A DNA stretch of 39,866 nt from assembly GCA_964516555.1 (NCBI GenBank), contig CAZFAI010000002.1:1-39866 (forward strand). Direction: 5' to 3'. The notes under the pieces are model-generated. The model did not search any database. It worked only from the letters and a program-made list of their open reading frames with translations, and was not told the origin of the DNA. Numbering within the stretch: position 1 is the stretch's first letter; the number at the start of each line of letters is the position of its first letter. Below are positions 26,712 to 35,706 of the stretch, piece by piece. The position numbers and the translations under genes are program-made. This stretch comes from an uncultured Gammaproteobacteria bacterium (GTDB lineage: Bacteria > Patescibacteriota > Microgenomatia > UBA12405).

Positions 26712-27650
26712 ATGGAAAGAGACTTGAGGGTTATGGTTAGAAGATTTTTAGAATATTTAGAGGTGGAGCGTAATTGTTCAAAGTTAACTATCAGAAACTA
26801 CAATCATTATCTACAAGTACTGATAGATTTTCTGTCTGACAAAAAAGAAACCTTAACTGTAAGTGACATTAACTCCGAGACGGTGAGAAGTTTCCGATTA
26901 TATCTGAGTCGACAAAAAGGTGTGAAGGGTGAAATGAAATCTGTAACTCAGGGTTACTATGTTATTGCACTCAGATCGTTTTTAAAGTGGTTGGTAAAAA
27001 ATGATTATGAAGTACTACAGCCGGAAAAATTGGAAGTTCCAAAAAACAAAGACCACTCGTTGAAATTTCTGGATGACCATCAGATTGAAAGGCTGTTAGC
27101 TCAGCCATTGTCGTCAACAATAAATGGATTGCGGGATAAGGTAATACTAGAGTTGCTTTTTTCTACGGGTTTGAGGGTTTCGGAGTTGGTTTCCCTTAAC
27201 CGGGATAAAGTAAATTTAACTACCAGGGAATTTGGTGTTATCGGTAAGGGTGGACGTTCCCGGGTGGTGTTTATTTCAAAACGAGCGGCTGAATTTTTGG
27301 ATAAATATTTGAAAAACAGGCGGGATCATTTTAATCCATTGTTTATCAGATATTCAGGTAAAAAGGATGTAGCGATGAGTGATGAGAACGTCAGATTGAC
27401 AGCAAGATCAATACAGCGGATGGTTAAAAAATATGTAAGGCAGGCTCGCCTACCGGTTGAAGCTACACCACACACACTTAGACATTCTATGGCTACTGAT
27501 TTGCTTCGGGCTGGAGCAGACTTGAGATCTGTTCAGGAAATTCTTGGACACAAAAATATTGCTACCACTCAAATTTATACACATGTTACGGATGCTAGAC
27601 TGAGAGAGGTTCATGAGAGGTACCATAAGGGTAACAATGAAAATAAATAG
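26712..27650 (+). CDS. xerC: XerC/XerD-type tyrosine recombinase
   Basis: N-terminal FLEYLEVERNCSKLTIRNYNHYL. Catalytic region GLRVSEL...HTLRHSMATDLLRAGADLRSVQEILGHKNIATTQIYTHV. ATG 26712 is preferred over GTG 26697. Confidence 0.9.
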   Translation: MERDLRVMVRRFLEYLEVERNCSKLTIRNYNHYLQVLIDFLSDKKETLTVSDINSETVRSFRLYLSRQKGVKGEMKSVTQGYYVIALRSFLKWLVKNDYEVLQPEKLEVPKNKDHSLKFLDDHQIERLLAQPLSSTINGLRDKVILELLFSTGLRVSELVSLNRDKVNLTTREFGVIGKGGRSRVVFISKRAAEFLDKYLKNRRDHFNPLFIRYSGKKDVAMSDENVRLTARSIQRMVKKYVRQARLPVEATPHTLRHSMATDLLRAGADLRSVQEILGHKNIATTQIYTHVTDARLREVHERYHKGNNENK

Positions 27651-27962
27651 TTTTTCTTATCCTTATAGTTGCACATATTGCGGATACTATTGAGATAAGC
27701 TAATAATTAGATGTGTATGTGATATTTAAGTATTGTTATTGCCGTAACTTAGGCCTAAATATAATATTCGTACTCAGTTGGCACTCCCCTGCTAAGTTTG
27801 CTAATATCCCCTACCCTATAATTATAGACCCATAATGTGTCATTTTTGAAGTTGCAGATAAACTGATGACAAATAATTTGCCTAAAATAGTGAGTATTAA
27901 TACCTAATATCCTATAAAATACGCAGCAAAGATCCTATAATAGATGACTCCCCTACCCTGGT

Positions 27963-30608
27963 TTATTTTGCTAACTTATCCGTAGTCTCTTCTATTTCGG
28001 GTTTTTCCAGAACAGTTAAAGTGCTAACTCTATCATCTTCGGCTCTAATTCTCATGAGAATAACTCCCTGAGTATTGCGGCTCAACACAGGAATATTTTT
28101 TAACGGTAATTTAATGGTAATAGCTTTTTTGGATACCAGAATTACCTGTTCGTCATTTTCGGTGACAACCTGGGCAACGGCTACCTTACCGGTTTTGCTG
28201 GTTAAATGAGAGACTTTGACACCAACTCCACCACGTTTTTGTAGAGGATATTGATAGACATCGGTTCTCTTGCCGATACCTTTTTCGGTGCAAACAAGGA
28301 GGTGCCGGAAGCTTTTGTCTTTTTTGCCTTTTTCTTTTGGTATGGAGGGTGGAACAACTCCAACGCTGACAACATAATCTTGTCCTTTAAGAAGTATGCC
28401 GCGGATACCGCGGGTATGGCGTCCCATGGGTCTGGCATCCTTTTCATGGAAGCGGATACATTTACCATCATATGTAATCATAAATATATGGCAATCACCG
28501 TCCGTTGTTTTGGCCCAAACTAGTTGGTCATCGGCATCGATTTTAATGGCAGTTAAGCCGTTCTGACGGATATTGTTAAATCTTTCTATTGCGGTTTTTT
28601 TAACAACGCCCTTTTTGGTAGCAAGAAGAATATTTTTAATATTATTTTCCTTGGTAACCGGCAAGATCGCCTGAACCGATTCTCCTTGGGAAATATTTAT
28701 TAGGTTAACAATGGCCTGGCCTTTGGATTGGCGATTGGTTTCGTTGAGATCCCAGACTTTGGTCTTGAACACACGACCTTTGTTGGTAAAGAAAAGGAGG
28801 TCGTCATGTGTAGTGACGTTGAGCATATTTTCAATTTCGTCAGTTTCTTTGGTTGTCATCCCTAAAACTCCGATTCCTCCACGACGCTGAGTGCGGTAGG
28901 TGTCTTTTGAGACACGCTTGATATAACCGGTTTTGGTAATTGTGACCAGGGTGGATTCTTTTGGTATTAGATCCTCTTCGGAAAAGTCCTCTAGTCCTCT
29001 GACATAAATTTTTGTCTTGCGTGGATCAGCATATTTTTCCATCATGCTCTTATTTTCTGATTTAAGAACAGATATCATTCGGTCTTCTTTGGTAATAATG
29101 GCTGTTAAGTCGTCGATAACTTTCTTGACTTCATTGTATTCGTCTTCAATTTTTTGTCTTTCCAGGGCTGCCAAGCGACGAAGTTGCATTTCCAAAATAG
29201 CGTTGGCTTGAATGTCAGTAAGGTCGAATTTTTTCATTAAATTATCGCGGGCATCATCGGTATTTTGAGAAGCGCGAATTGTTTTGATTATTTCATCGAT
29301 ATTATCCAGGGCAATTTTGAGACCCTCGAGAACATGAGCTCGCATAAAAGCTCCACGAAGATCATAAAGTGTAGCGCGCCTGATGATATTTTCGCGATGA
29401 CGAAGGAAAAGGAGCAGCATTTGACGCAAGTTTAGCGTTTGAGGTATACCGTTAACCAGGGCAAGCATGTTAGCTGAGTAAGAACTTTGAAGTGAGGTGT
29501 ACTTGTATAGTTTGTTGAGGACTGTCTTGGGTTTACCGGTTTTTCGAATTTCGATAACAACTCTAATTCCGTGTCTGTCAGACTCGTCGCGCAGGTCAGA
29601 TATACCAATTATTTTTTTGTCACGAACCAAATCGGCAATTTTTTTGATGAGTTCGGCTTTGTTTACCTGGTATGGTAACTCGGTGACGATGATTCGGATT
29701 TTGCCCGATTTTGTCTCTTCAATAGTAGCTTTCCCCCGGATTTTAAATTTACCACGACCAGTATTGTACATTTCGATAATTCCATTTTTTCCATATATTT
29801 CGCCTGCAGTTGGAAAATCCGGTCCCTGGACGTATTTAACTAAATTATCAATGGTAGCATTTGATTCCAAACTGAAGTGAATGTCTTTTAGTTCATATAG
29901 TGGCTTTAGGATGATATCTTCAGTTGTTTGTTTTTTGTTGATTATCGGATTAAGTTCAATTTCAGGCTCAATTTTTTCCAAATGAGCGTTGTCTAGCATG
30001 TGATCGATTGCCTGACAAAGCTCTTTAAGGTTATGGGGTGGGATACGGGTGGCCATACCGACGGCAATACCATCAGCACCATTTAGAAGTAAATTGGGAA
30101 CACGAGCAGGTAGTACGGATGGTTCTTTGAGAGTTGAGTCAAAGTTATCAGTCATATCAACCGTATCTTTGTTGATATCTGAAATCATTTCGTTTGAGAT
30201 TTTGGCCATTTTAACTTCGGTGTACCTCATAGCGGCCGGAGGGTCTCCGTCAATGGAACCAAAGTTTCCCTGACCATTAACAAGCGGATAGCGAAGAGAA
30301 AATTCCTGGGCCATACGAACCATGGCAAAATAAACAGAAGTGTCACCATGAGGATGATATTTTCCCAAGACTTCACCGACAACTTTGGCGGATTTTGAAT
30401 TTTTACCTCCCGGAGTTAATCCCATTTGATTCATGGCGTAGATAATCCTACGGTGTACCGGCTTGAGACCATCCCGGACGTCAGGCAAAGCACGCTGGAC
30501 GATAACGCTCATGGCGTAATCCAGATAAGATTTCTCCATCTCCGGAACAATGTCTACCGTCAATACTTTTCCGATGTTATTAGTTTTTGAGTTATTTGAA
30601 TCTGCCAT
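27963..30608 (-). CDS. gyrA: DNA gyrase subunit A
   Basis: [16 protein letters not shown] (active-site Tyr), and a GyrA-box-like QRRGGIG in the C-terminal beta-pinwheel. Confidence 0.95.
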   Translation of the reverse strand: MADSNNSKTNNIGKVLTVDIVPEMEKSYLDYAMSVIVQRALPDVRDGLKPVHRRIIYAMNQMGLTPGGKNSKSAKVVGEVLGKYHPHGDTSVYFAMVRMAQEFSLRYPLVNGQGNFGSIDGDPPAAMRYTEVKMAKISNEMISDINKDTVDMTDNFDSTLKEPSVLPARVPNLLLNGADGIAVGMATRIPPHNLKELCQAIDHMLDNAHLEKIEPEIELNPIINKKQTTEDIILKPLYELKDIHFSLESNATIDNLVKYVQGPDFPTAGEIYGKNGIIEMYNTGRGKFKIRGKATIEETKSGKIRIIVTELPYQVNKAELIKKIADLVRDKKIIGISDLRDESDRHGIRVVIEIRKTGKPKTVLNKLYKYTSLQSSYSANMLALVNGIPQTLNLRQMLLLFLRHRENIIRRATLYDLRGAFMRAHVLEGLKIALDNIDEIIKTIRASQNTDDARDNLMKKFDLTDIQANAILEMQLRRLAALERQKIEDEYNEVKKVIDDLTAIITKEDRMISVLKSENKSMMEKYADPRKTKIYVRGLEDFSEEDLIPKESTLVTITKTGYIKRVSKDTYRTQRRGGIGVLGMTTKETDEIENMLNVTTHDDLLFFTNKGRVFKTKVWDLNETNRQSKGQAIVNLINISQGESVQAILPVTKENNIKNILLATKKGVVKKTAIERFNNIRQNGLTAIKIDADDQLVWAKTTDGDCHIFMITYDGKCIRFHEKDARPMGRHTRGIRGILLKGQDYVVSVGVVPPSIPKEKGKKDKSFRHLLVCTEKGIGKRTDVYQYPLQKRGGVGVKVSHLTSKTGKVAVAQVVTENDEQVILVSKKAITIKLPLKNIPVLSRNTQGVILMRIRAEDDRVSTLTVLEKPEIEETTDKLAK

Positions 30609-30614
30609 AATTTT

Positions 30615-32564
30615 TTAAATATCTAAGGTGGCCAAGTGGGCGTGGGTTTGAATAAATTTTTTCCGGGGTGGAACGTCGCTGCTCATTAACACCCGGAAAA
30701 TATCGTCAGCTTTTTGGGCGTCTTCGATCGATATTTTTTTGAGCAATCGGGTGTCGGGGTTCATGGTAGTGTCCCATAGTTGCTGGGGATTCATTTCACC
30801 CAAACCCTTGTAGCGTTGGAGTTCAAAAGGTTTACCGGTATCGATGGTTTTTAGATATTCTTCTTTTTCTTCTTCGGTATAAACGTATTTCATCTTTTTG
30901 GCTTGTTGAATACGGTAAAGTGGTGGCATGGCGATATAGACATACCCATTTTCTAAAGTGTATGGCATGTGACGGAAAAGGAAAGTTAAAAGGAGAGTGG
31001 AAATGTGGGCACCATCAACATCGGCATCTGCCATAAGGATAATCCGATGATAGCGGAGCTTTTCGGGATTAAGAGTCTCCCCTATTCCCATGCCAAGGGC
31101 AATAATTAAGTCCTTAAGCTTGTCTGAAGAGACTATTTTATCGAGTCTCATACCTTCAGTATTGAGTGCTTTTCCCCAAAGCGGAAGAATTGCCTGGAAG
31201 CGACGATCCCTCCCCTGCTTGGCACTACCACCGGCAGAGTCTCCTTCTACAATATATATTTCTGAATCTTCAGGATTTTTTGATTGGCAGTCAGCTAATT
31301 TTCCTGGAAGTCCGAGAGAATCAAAGATTCCTTTGCGCATGATAGCATCTTTGGCGGCTTTGGCTGCTTTGCGAATTTGGATGGCCAGAAGTGATTTTCC
31401 AACTATAGATTTGGCAACATCGGGGTTTTCCTCAAAAAAGGTAGCGAGTTCCTCTTTGACAATTTTGGCGACAATGGGTTGGACTTCGCTGTTGCCTAAT
31501 CTGCCTTTGGTCTGACCTTCAAACTGAAGATCGCGACTGGGCATTTTGACAGAAATTATGGCAGTCAAACCTTCTCGGGTGTCATCGCCGGTGATATTAT
31601 CATCCTTGCCTTTGAGCATTTCTTTTTTGACGGCATAATCTTTGATAGCCCGAGTGAGAGCAGTTTTGAAACCAGAAAGATGAGCTCCACCTTCGTGAGT
31701 GTTGATAATGTTGACAAATGATGGTGTGTTTTCCTGAAAGGTATCATTGTATTGGATGGCAACTTCCAGATTAACACCATTCTCTTTATCTTCCCCTTGA
31801 ATGTAGATTGGTTCGTGGACAACAACTTTACCCTTGTTGAGTTCACGCAACAAGGAAATTATTCCACCTTCAAAATAGTAATGATGTTGAGTATCGTTTC
31901 TTTCATCATAGAAGTGGAAATAAATTTTTGAAGTAAGATAGGCACGATCTTTGAGAGATTTCAAAATAGTTTTAGTGTCGAATTCAGTTGTTACTTTGAA
32001 AATTTGAGTGTCAGGCAAAAAGGTTGTAGTAGTACCGGAAGTATTTTTGGGTATGATTTTAGAAAGTTTAGCAACGTTAGTTTTGGGGATTTGAGTTAGT
32101 TCGGTTTTTACTTTACCCCTGGAGAATTCCATCATGTAGGTTTTGTTGTCGCGTCTAACTTCTACCCGATAGAGTTTGGAGAGGGCGCTGACACAGGCAG
32201 CACCGACTCCATGTAGACCGCCGGAGACTTTATAGGCAGCACCTTCGAATTTACCACCAGAATGAAGAGTGGTCATGATTACTTCGAGTGCAGGTTTATT
32301 GTATTTGGGCATAATATCGATAGGGATTCCCCTACCGTCGTCGGCAACAGTAACTGAGTTGTCGGGATGGACAACTATCCAAATGTTTTTGGCATAACCC
32401 GCTAGGGCTTCATCGATAGAATTATCAACTATTTCAGTTAAACAGTGGTGGAGTCCCCTGGTATCGGTAGAACCGATATACATGGCTGGACGTTTTCTGA
32501 CCGGTTCGAGACCTTCTAAGACTACAATTTGTTCGCTGGTGTATCCTTGATTTTTATTTGCCAT
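30615..32564 (-). CDS. gyrB: DNA gyrase subunit B
   Basis: LEGLEPVRKRPAMYIG, GLHGVGA, EGDSAGGSAKQGRDR, PLWGKALN. Confidence 0.95.
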   Translation of the reverse strand: MANKNQGYTSEQIVVLEGLEPVRKRPAMYIGSTDTRGLHHCLTEIVDNSIDEALAGYAKNIWIVVHPDNSVTVADDGRGIPIDIMPKYNKPALEVIMTTLHSGGKFEGAAYKVSGGLHGVGAACVSALSKLYRVEVRRDNKTYMMEFSRGKVKTELTQIPKTNVAKLSKIIPKNTSGTTTTFLPDTQIFKVTTEFDTKTILKSLKDRAYLTSKIYFHFYDERNDTQHHYYFEGGIISLLRELNKGKVVVHEPIYIQGEDKENGVNLEVAIQYNDTFQENTPSFVNIINTHEGGAHLSGFKTALTRAIKDYAVKKEMLKGKDDNITGDDTREGLTAIISVKMPSRDLQFEGQTKGRLGNSEVQPIVAKIVKEELATFFEENPDVAKSIVGKSLLAIQIRKAAKAAKDAIMRKGIFDSLGLPGKLADCQSKNPEDSEIYIVEGDSAGGSAKQGRDRRFQAILPLWGKALNTEGMRLDKIVSSDKLKDLIIALGMGIGETLNPEKLRYHRIILMADADVDGAHISTLLLTFLFRHMPYTLENGYVYIAMPPLYRIQQAKKMKYVYTEEEKEEYLKTIDTGKPFELQRYKGLGEMNPQQLWDTTMNPDTRLLKKISIEDAQKADDIFRVLMSSDVPPRKKFIQTHAHLATLDI

Positions 32565-32600
32565 AACAATGATGTTTTTGCGATTTTTTAATACAAAAAT

Positions 32601-32629
32601 ATTCTAACAGAGCTAAGTTAGCTTTACAA
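32601..32629 (-). promoter_or_regulatory. Candidate gyrBA promoter with a 13-bp palindrome in the spacer
   Basis: On the minus strand: TTGTAA (32629-32624), a 17-nt spacer, then TAGAAT (32606-32601). The spacer contains AGCTAA-N-TTAGCT (32611-32623). About 36 nt upstream of the gyrB ATG. Confidence 0.35.
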
Positions 32630-32801
32630 TAAGCAAATATAACCTAAAGATAGGATAAATATAACATCGTGTAAAGACAAAAACATTATAAATTATATTG
32701 CCTATTTTACCGATAAATATATGATAATTGCTAATATCCCATAGTCATAGTAAAAAGTAATTATAAGGATAAAATAGTACAGAATGATATTGTTTGTGCG
32801 A

Positions 32802-33338
32802 TTACCTACTTTTAGTTAAGATGTGATAAGAAATGACCGAGGCGGCTACCAAGACGTTGAGGGATTTGTTGATTCCAAACATGGGAAGCTCTACTGTCTG
32901 ATGGGCAAGTTTTAAAACTTCAGATGAGATACCTTGCGACTCACTTCCCAGGACTAAGGCTACAGGAAATTTATAATTTGATTCGAGATACGATTTGCTA
33001 TTGTTTGTTTGTTCAATGGCAACAATCTGGTAGCCGTCTTTTTTGAGTTTTTTAAGGCAGTTAACGGTTGAAGGACAATGTTCCCAGGGAATCCATTTCC
33101 ACGTACCGACCGATGATCGGTGAATTTTGATGTTGGGAGGGGTGACTACCTGACCACAAAGATAGATTTTTTTTAAAGCAAGAGCATCGGCAAGACGGAA
33201 AAACGTTCCGATATTGTATGTATCTAGGACATTATCTAGAACTAAAACAAGGGGGTGACGTTCTATTTGTTTTTGTATCTCTTTTGCTTTTTTCGGATCA
33301 CTTTTTCTAATTTGATGCGAATTTAATTTTTTTGGCAT
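32802..33338 (-). CDS. SpoU/TrmH family RNA 2'-O-methyltransferase
   Basis: LVLDNVLDTYNIGTFFRLADA, LVLGSESQGIS, SLNVLVAASVISY. Confidence 0.85.
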   Translation of the reverse strand: MPKKLNSHQIRKSDPKKAKEIQKQIERHPLVLVLDNVLDTYNIGTFFRLADALALKKIYLCGQVVTPPNIKIHRSSVGTWKWIPWEHCPSTVNCLKKLKKDGYQIVAIEQTNNSKSYLESNYKFPVALVLGSESQGISSEVLKLAHQTVELPMFGINKSLNVLVAASVISYHILTKSR

Positions 33339-33351
33339 GATTGAATTTTAA

Positions 33352-33381
33352 CAAAAAAGCCAGCCTAACAGAGGCTGGCTT
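33352..33381 (-). terminator. Rho-independent terminator after the thioredoxin-fold gene
   Basis: Stem GCCAGCCT (33359-33366) pairs with AGGCTGGC (33372-33379). On the minus strand it is followed by TTTTTT (33358-33353). Confidence 0.65.
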
Positions 33382-33403
33382 TAAATATCAAAACTATATT
33401 AGT

Positions 33404-34375
33404 TTAGTTGCAGCCACCGGCGGAAAGAGCTGCCTGATTATCGGGGGTTGATTCCAGGGTAGTATTGCATTCTTTGGGAGATTTATTGAATGCAGAACAA
33501 ATAGCTTCTTTAAGAGTGTTTGGTGCCCTGAATTGGCTTTGCTCAATAACCTTTTTGCCTACTTTTAAATTTCCGGTACCATCTTGGGTATAAGCTTCCT
33601 GAGGTGGGAAGATAACACCGTTGACCAGGACTGTCGGAGAAGCGCTGATTTGTTTGGTGGTAGAGTCGGCCACTTCTTTTTCAATTAAAGAAATAGCCTG
33701 CTCGTTAAAGCATTTGGTAATTTCATTGGTGTCAAGACCGGCTTTTTGAGCCTGATCCTGCCAGCAGGTATCAGCATTGATGGAGTCACAGTTTTGGTTG
33801 ACGTTGGCAATGAAATTCCACCAAGTAGTTTTATCCTGGGCTAAGTTAAAAGCACAGATTTCGCGAACGTTTTGATTGGCTTCAACCCGACCATGAAGAG
33901 ATGAGTAATAAGCATTTTCACCTTTGATATAGGCGTTTTCATCCATACATTGTTTTTTGTTGTCGGCAATAGTTTTTTTACAAGTGGCCTCGTCCTGAAA
34001 ATATCCGTTTTGGACATAGGTTGAACACATACTGGGGTCTCCAATTCGATTAGGTCCGCAGTATTCAGCCAGACCTCCCTCAATCTTGTCAAATATATAG
34101 CGAGGTCGGATGGTGGCTTTGTCTCTCATCAGTTCGGCGACAGGCCGTATAACATCTTCAATCTGATTACCATAAGGACAGAAACTCATGACATAAAATT
34201 CCATTTCAGGATTATTTGATTTTTCAACAGCAAAGACGCTCTTGGCGCTCAAAACTTCGCCTTGTGATCTTGACTTGGTAAATGCTACTCCTGAATAAAA
34301 AGAGGTAGCGAAAAACAAAACAATAAATAATATGGCTGCAGGAGTTGGTACTTTGAGATATTTTTGGATTTTCAT
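33404..34375 (-). CDS. Secreted Cys-rich thioredoxin/DsbA-fold-like protein with a monothiol CPYG motif
   Basis: N-terminal TM helix. YVMSFCPYGNQ sits where DsbA-like proteins carry CxxC. Twelve Cys in total. Confidence 0.5.
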   Translation of the reverse strand: MKIQKYLKVPTPAAILFIVLFFATSFYSGVAFTKSRSQGEVLSAKSVFAVEKSNNPEMEFYVMSFCPYGNQIEDVIRPVAELMRDKATIRPRYIFDKIEGGLAEYCGPNRIGDPSMCSTYVQNGYFQDEATCKKTIADNKKQCMDENAYIKGENAYYSSLHGRVEANQNVREICAFNLAQDKTTWWNFIANVNQNCDSINADTCWQDQAQKAGLDTNEITKCFNEQAISLIEKEVADSTTKQISASPTVLVNGVIFPPQEAYTQDGTGNLKVGKKVIEQSQFRAPNTLKEAICSAFNKSPKECNTTLESTPDNQAALSAGGCN

Positions 34376-34394
34376 GATTTTTAAATTTTAATAA

Positions 34395-34595
34395 TTATTC
34401 TTCTTCGATAGTAATTGCTGCTACCGGGCAAGAATCAATGGTAGTTTGGGTGATGTCGGAAATTGCTTCTGGTTGTTTTATAACCTTGGCTTTATAAGTT
34501 TCGGGGTCCATCGCAAACGTTTCGGAGTCCATTAAAGGACAGGTATTACATCCGATACAGGTATTTTTATTGATTTTTATAATTTTTTTTGGCAT
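34395..34595 (-). CDS. Small ferredoxin, probably single-cluster
   Basis: CIGCNTCP ... CPVAAI, 66 aa. Confidence 0.8.
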   Translation of the reverse strand: MPKKIIKINKNTCIGCNTCPLMDSETFAMDPETYKAKVIKQPEAISDITQTTIDSCPVAAITIEEE

Positions 34596-34616
34596 ATTTT
34601 TTAGGCTAACAAGTCA

Positions 34617-35123
34617 TTATAGCATCTTAGCATAGGTCGATTGGTTTTCATTGATAAATTGACCTGACTTAATAATGGCGTTGAGAATAAGTGCAATTCT
34701 ATCTTCGGCTTCGGATTGACTAAGCTTCTTTAGGTTGTGTGGGAAGTAATGAAGAATTTCATTTCGTCCGAATTTCCAGGCATCCCAAAGTTTTTCAGCT
34801 AGTTCTTCACCGTTTTCGTGTAAGTCTGTTAATTTTTGAAAAATTGAAAAACGTTTGTAGCGAAGAGAAGGATTTAGCGTCTTCCCTACCCTAAAGCGAT
34901 CGCTTTTGTAGTTAAATTTGTCGATAATGCCAATTTTCAAAAAGAAATCTTTTAGATAACCTTCATAGGCTTTGGCGATAGGTGCGACAAGAAATGAATA
35001 GTCGGAGATATGGTTTTGTCTGAGGCAATTCCGGATGGTTTGAAGATCACTTATGAGTGATTCTTGTTGGGGAGATAGATGAGTTTTGGCTTGTTCTATA
35101 AGATGTTCGGATAGTTGGGTCAT
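34617..35123 (-). CDS. Hypothetical alpha-helical protein with an RNxxxH (HEPN-like) motif
   Basis: KFGRNEILHYF lies about 43 aa from the C-terminus. ATGA overlap with the upstream membrane-protein gene. Confidence 0.5.
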   Translation of the reverse strand: MTQLSEHLIEQAKTHLSPQQESLISDLQTIRNCLRQNHISDYSFLVAPIAKAYEGYLKDFFLKIGIIDKFNYKSDRFRVGKTLNPSLRYKRFSIFQKLTDLHENGEELAEKLWDAWKFGRNEILHYFPHNLKKLSQSEAEDRIALILNAIIKSGQFINENQSTYAKML

Positions 35124-35683
35124 AGATTAGATCTTGCCAGTAAATAGACAAACAGGCAAGTAGCCAAGAGAAAAATGAGGATGTATTGTTTGAGATAATC
35201 GATTGAAAGTTGTTTTTTCTCCCGGGCAAAGAGCCAATTTTGAAGTGATTTTTTGTCTCGACTATAATCAATAATTTCTTCAATAAGAAGATGAATATTT
35301 AAACTTAGAACAAAACTTTTAGTAAATATGCCCGAGGTAGAAGTAAAAACAAATATCGATATTAGTAGTAAAACTATTTGGAAAAAGTAATGATGAAATA
35401 TCAAGTTATTGTGGGTGTTACGGGTTTTCGAATATAGTTCTATGAGTGATTTATAGTCTTTGTTTCTGATAATGGCTTGGGCTAAACGGCCTTCTTCGGT
35501 GTTAGGTTTTAAGTATAGCCAGTACACGAGATGATCAATTTCAAGAAAAATTGAACCCCAAGCTAGGCCAAAAAATAAATATACAAAGTCGAAAACCGGT
35601 ATTTTTCCTAGCAACCAAAAAAGGCTGATGAAAAAAAATACTCCGACAATAGGAAACAGGTGCAGTTTAATTTCTTGTTTCAC
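35120..35683 (-). CDS. Membrane protein (about 4 TM), unknown function
   Basis: Hydrophobic helices. Translationally coupled to the HEPN-like gene. Confidence 0.55.
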   Translation of the reverse strand: MKQEIKLHLFPIVGVFFFISLFWLLGKIPVFDFVYLFFGLAWGSIFLEIDHLVYWLYLKPNTEEGRLAQAIIRNKDYKSLIELYSKTRNTHNNLIFHHYFFQIVLLLISIFVFTSTSGIFTKSFVLSLNIHLLIEEIIDYSRDKKSLQNWLFAREKKQLSIDYLKQYILIFLLATCLFVYLLARSNL

Positions 35684-35706
35684 TAGAACTATGATAACAA
35701 ATGAGA

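Noticed and set aside
26697-27650. The integrase as a marker of a prophage or large integrative element.
   Set aside because: The protein has the XerC/XerD-type N-terminal and catalytic signatures. No phage, conjugation or cargo genes flank it, and its neighbours are core genes (yebC, gyrA, gyrB). A small element or site-specific rearrangement is still considered in the findings.
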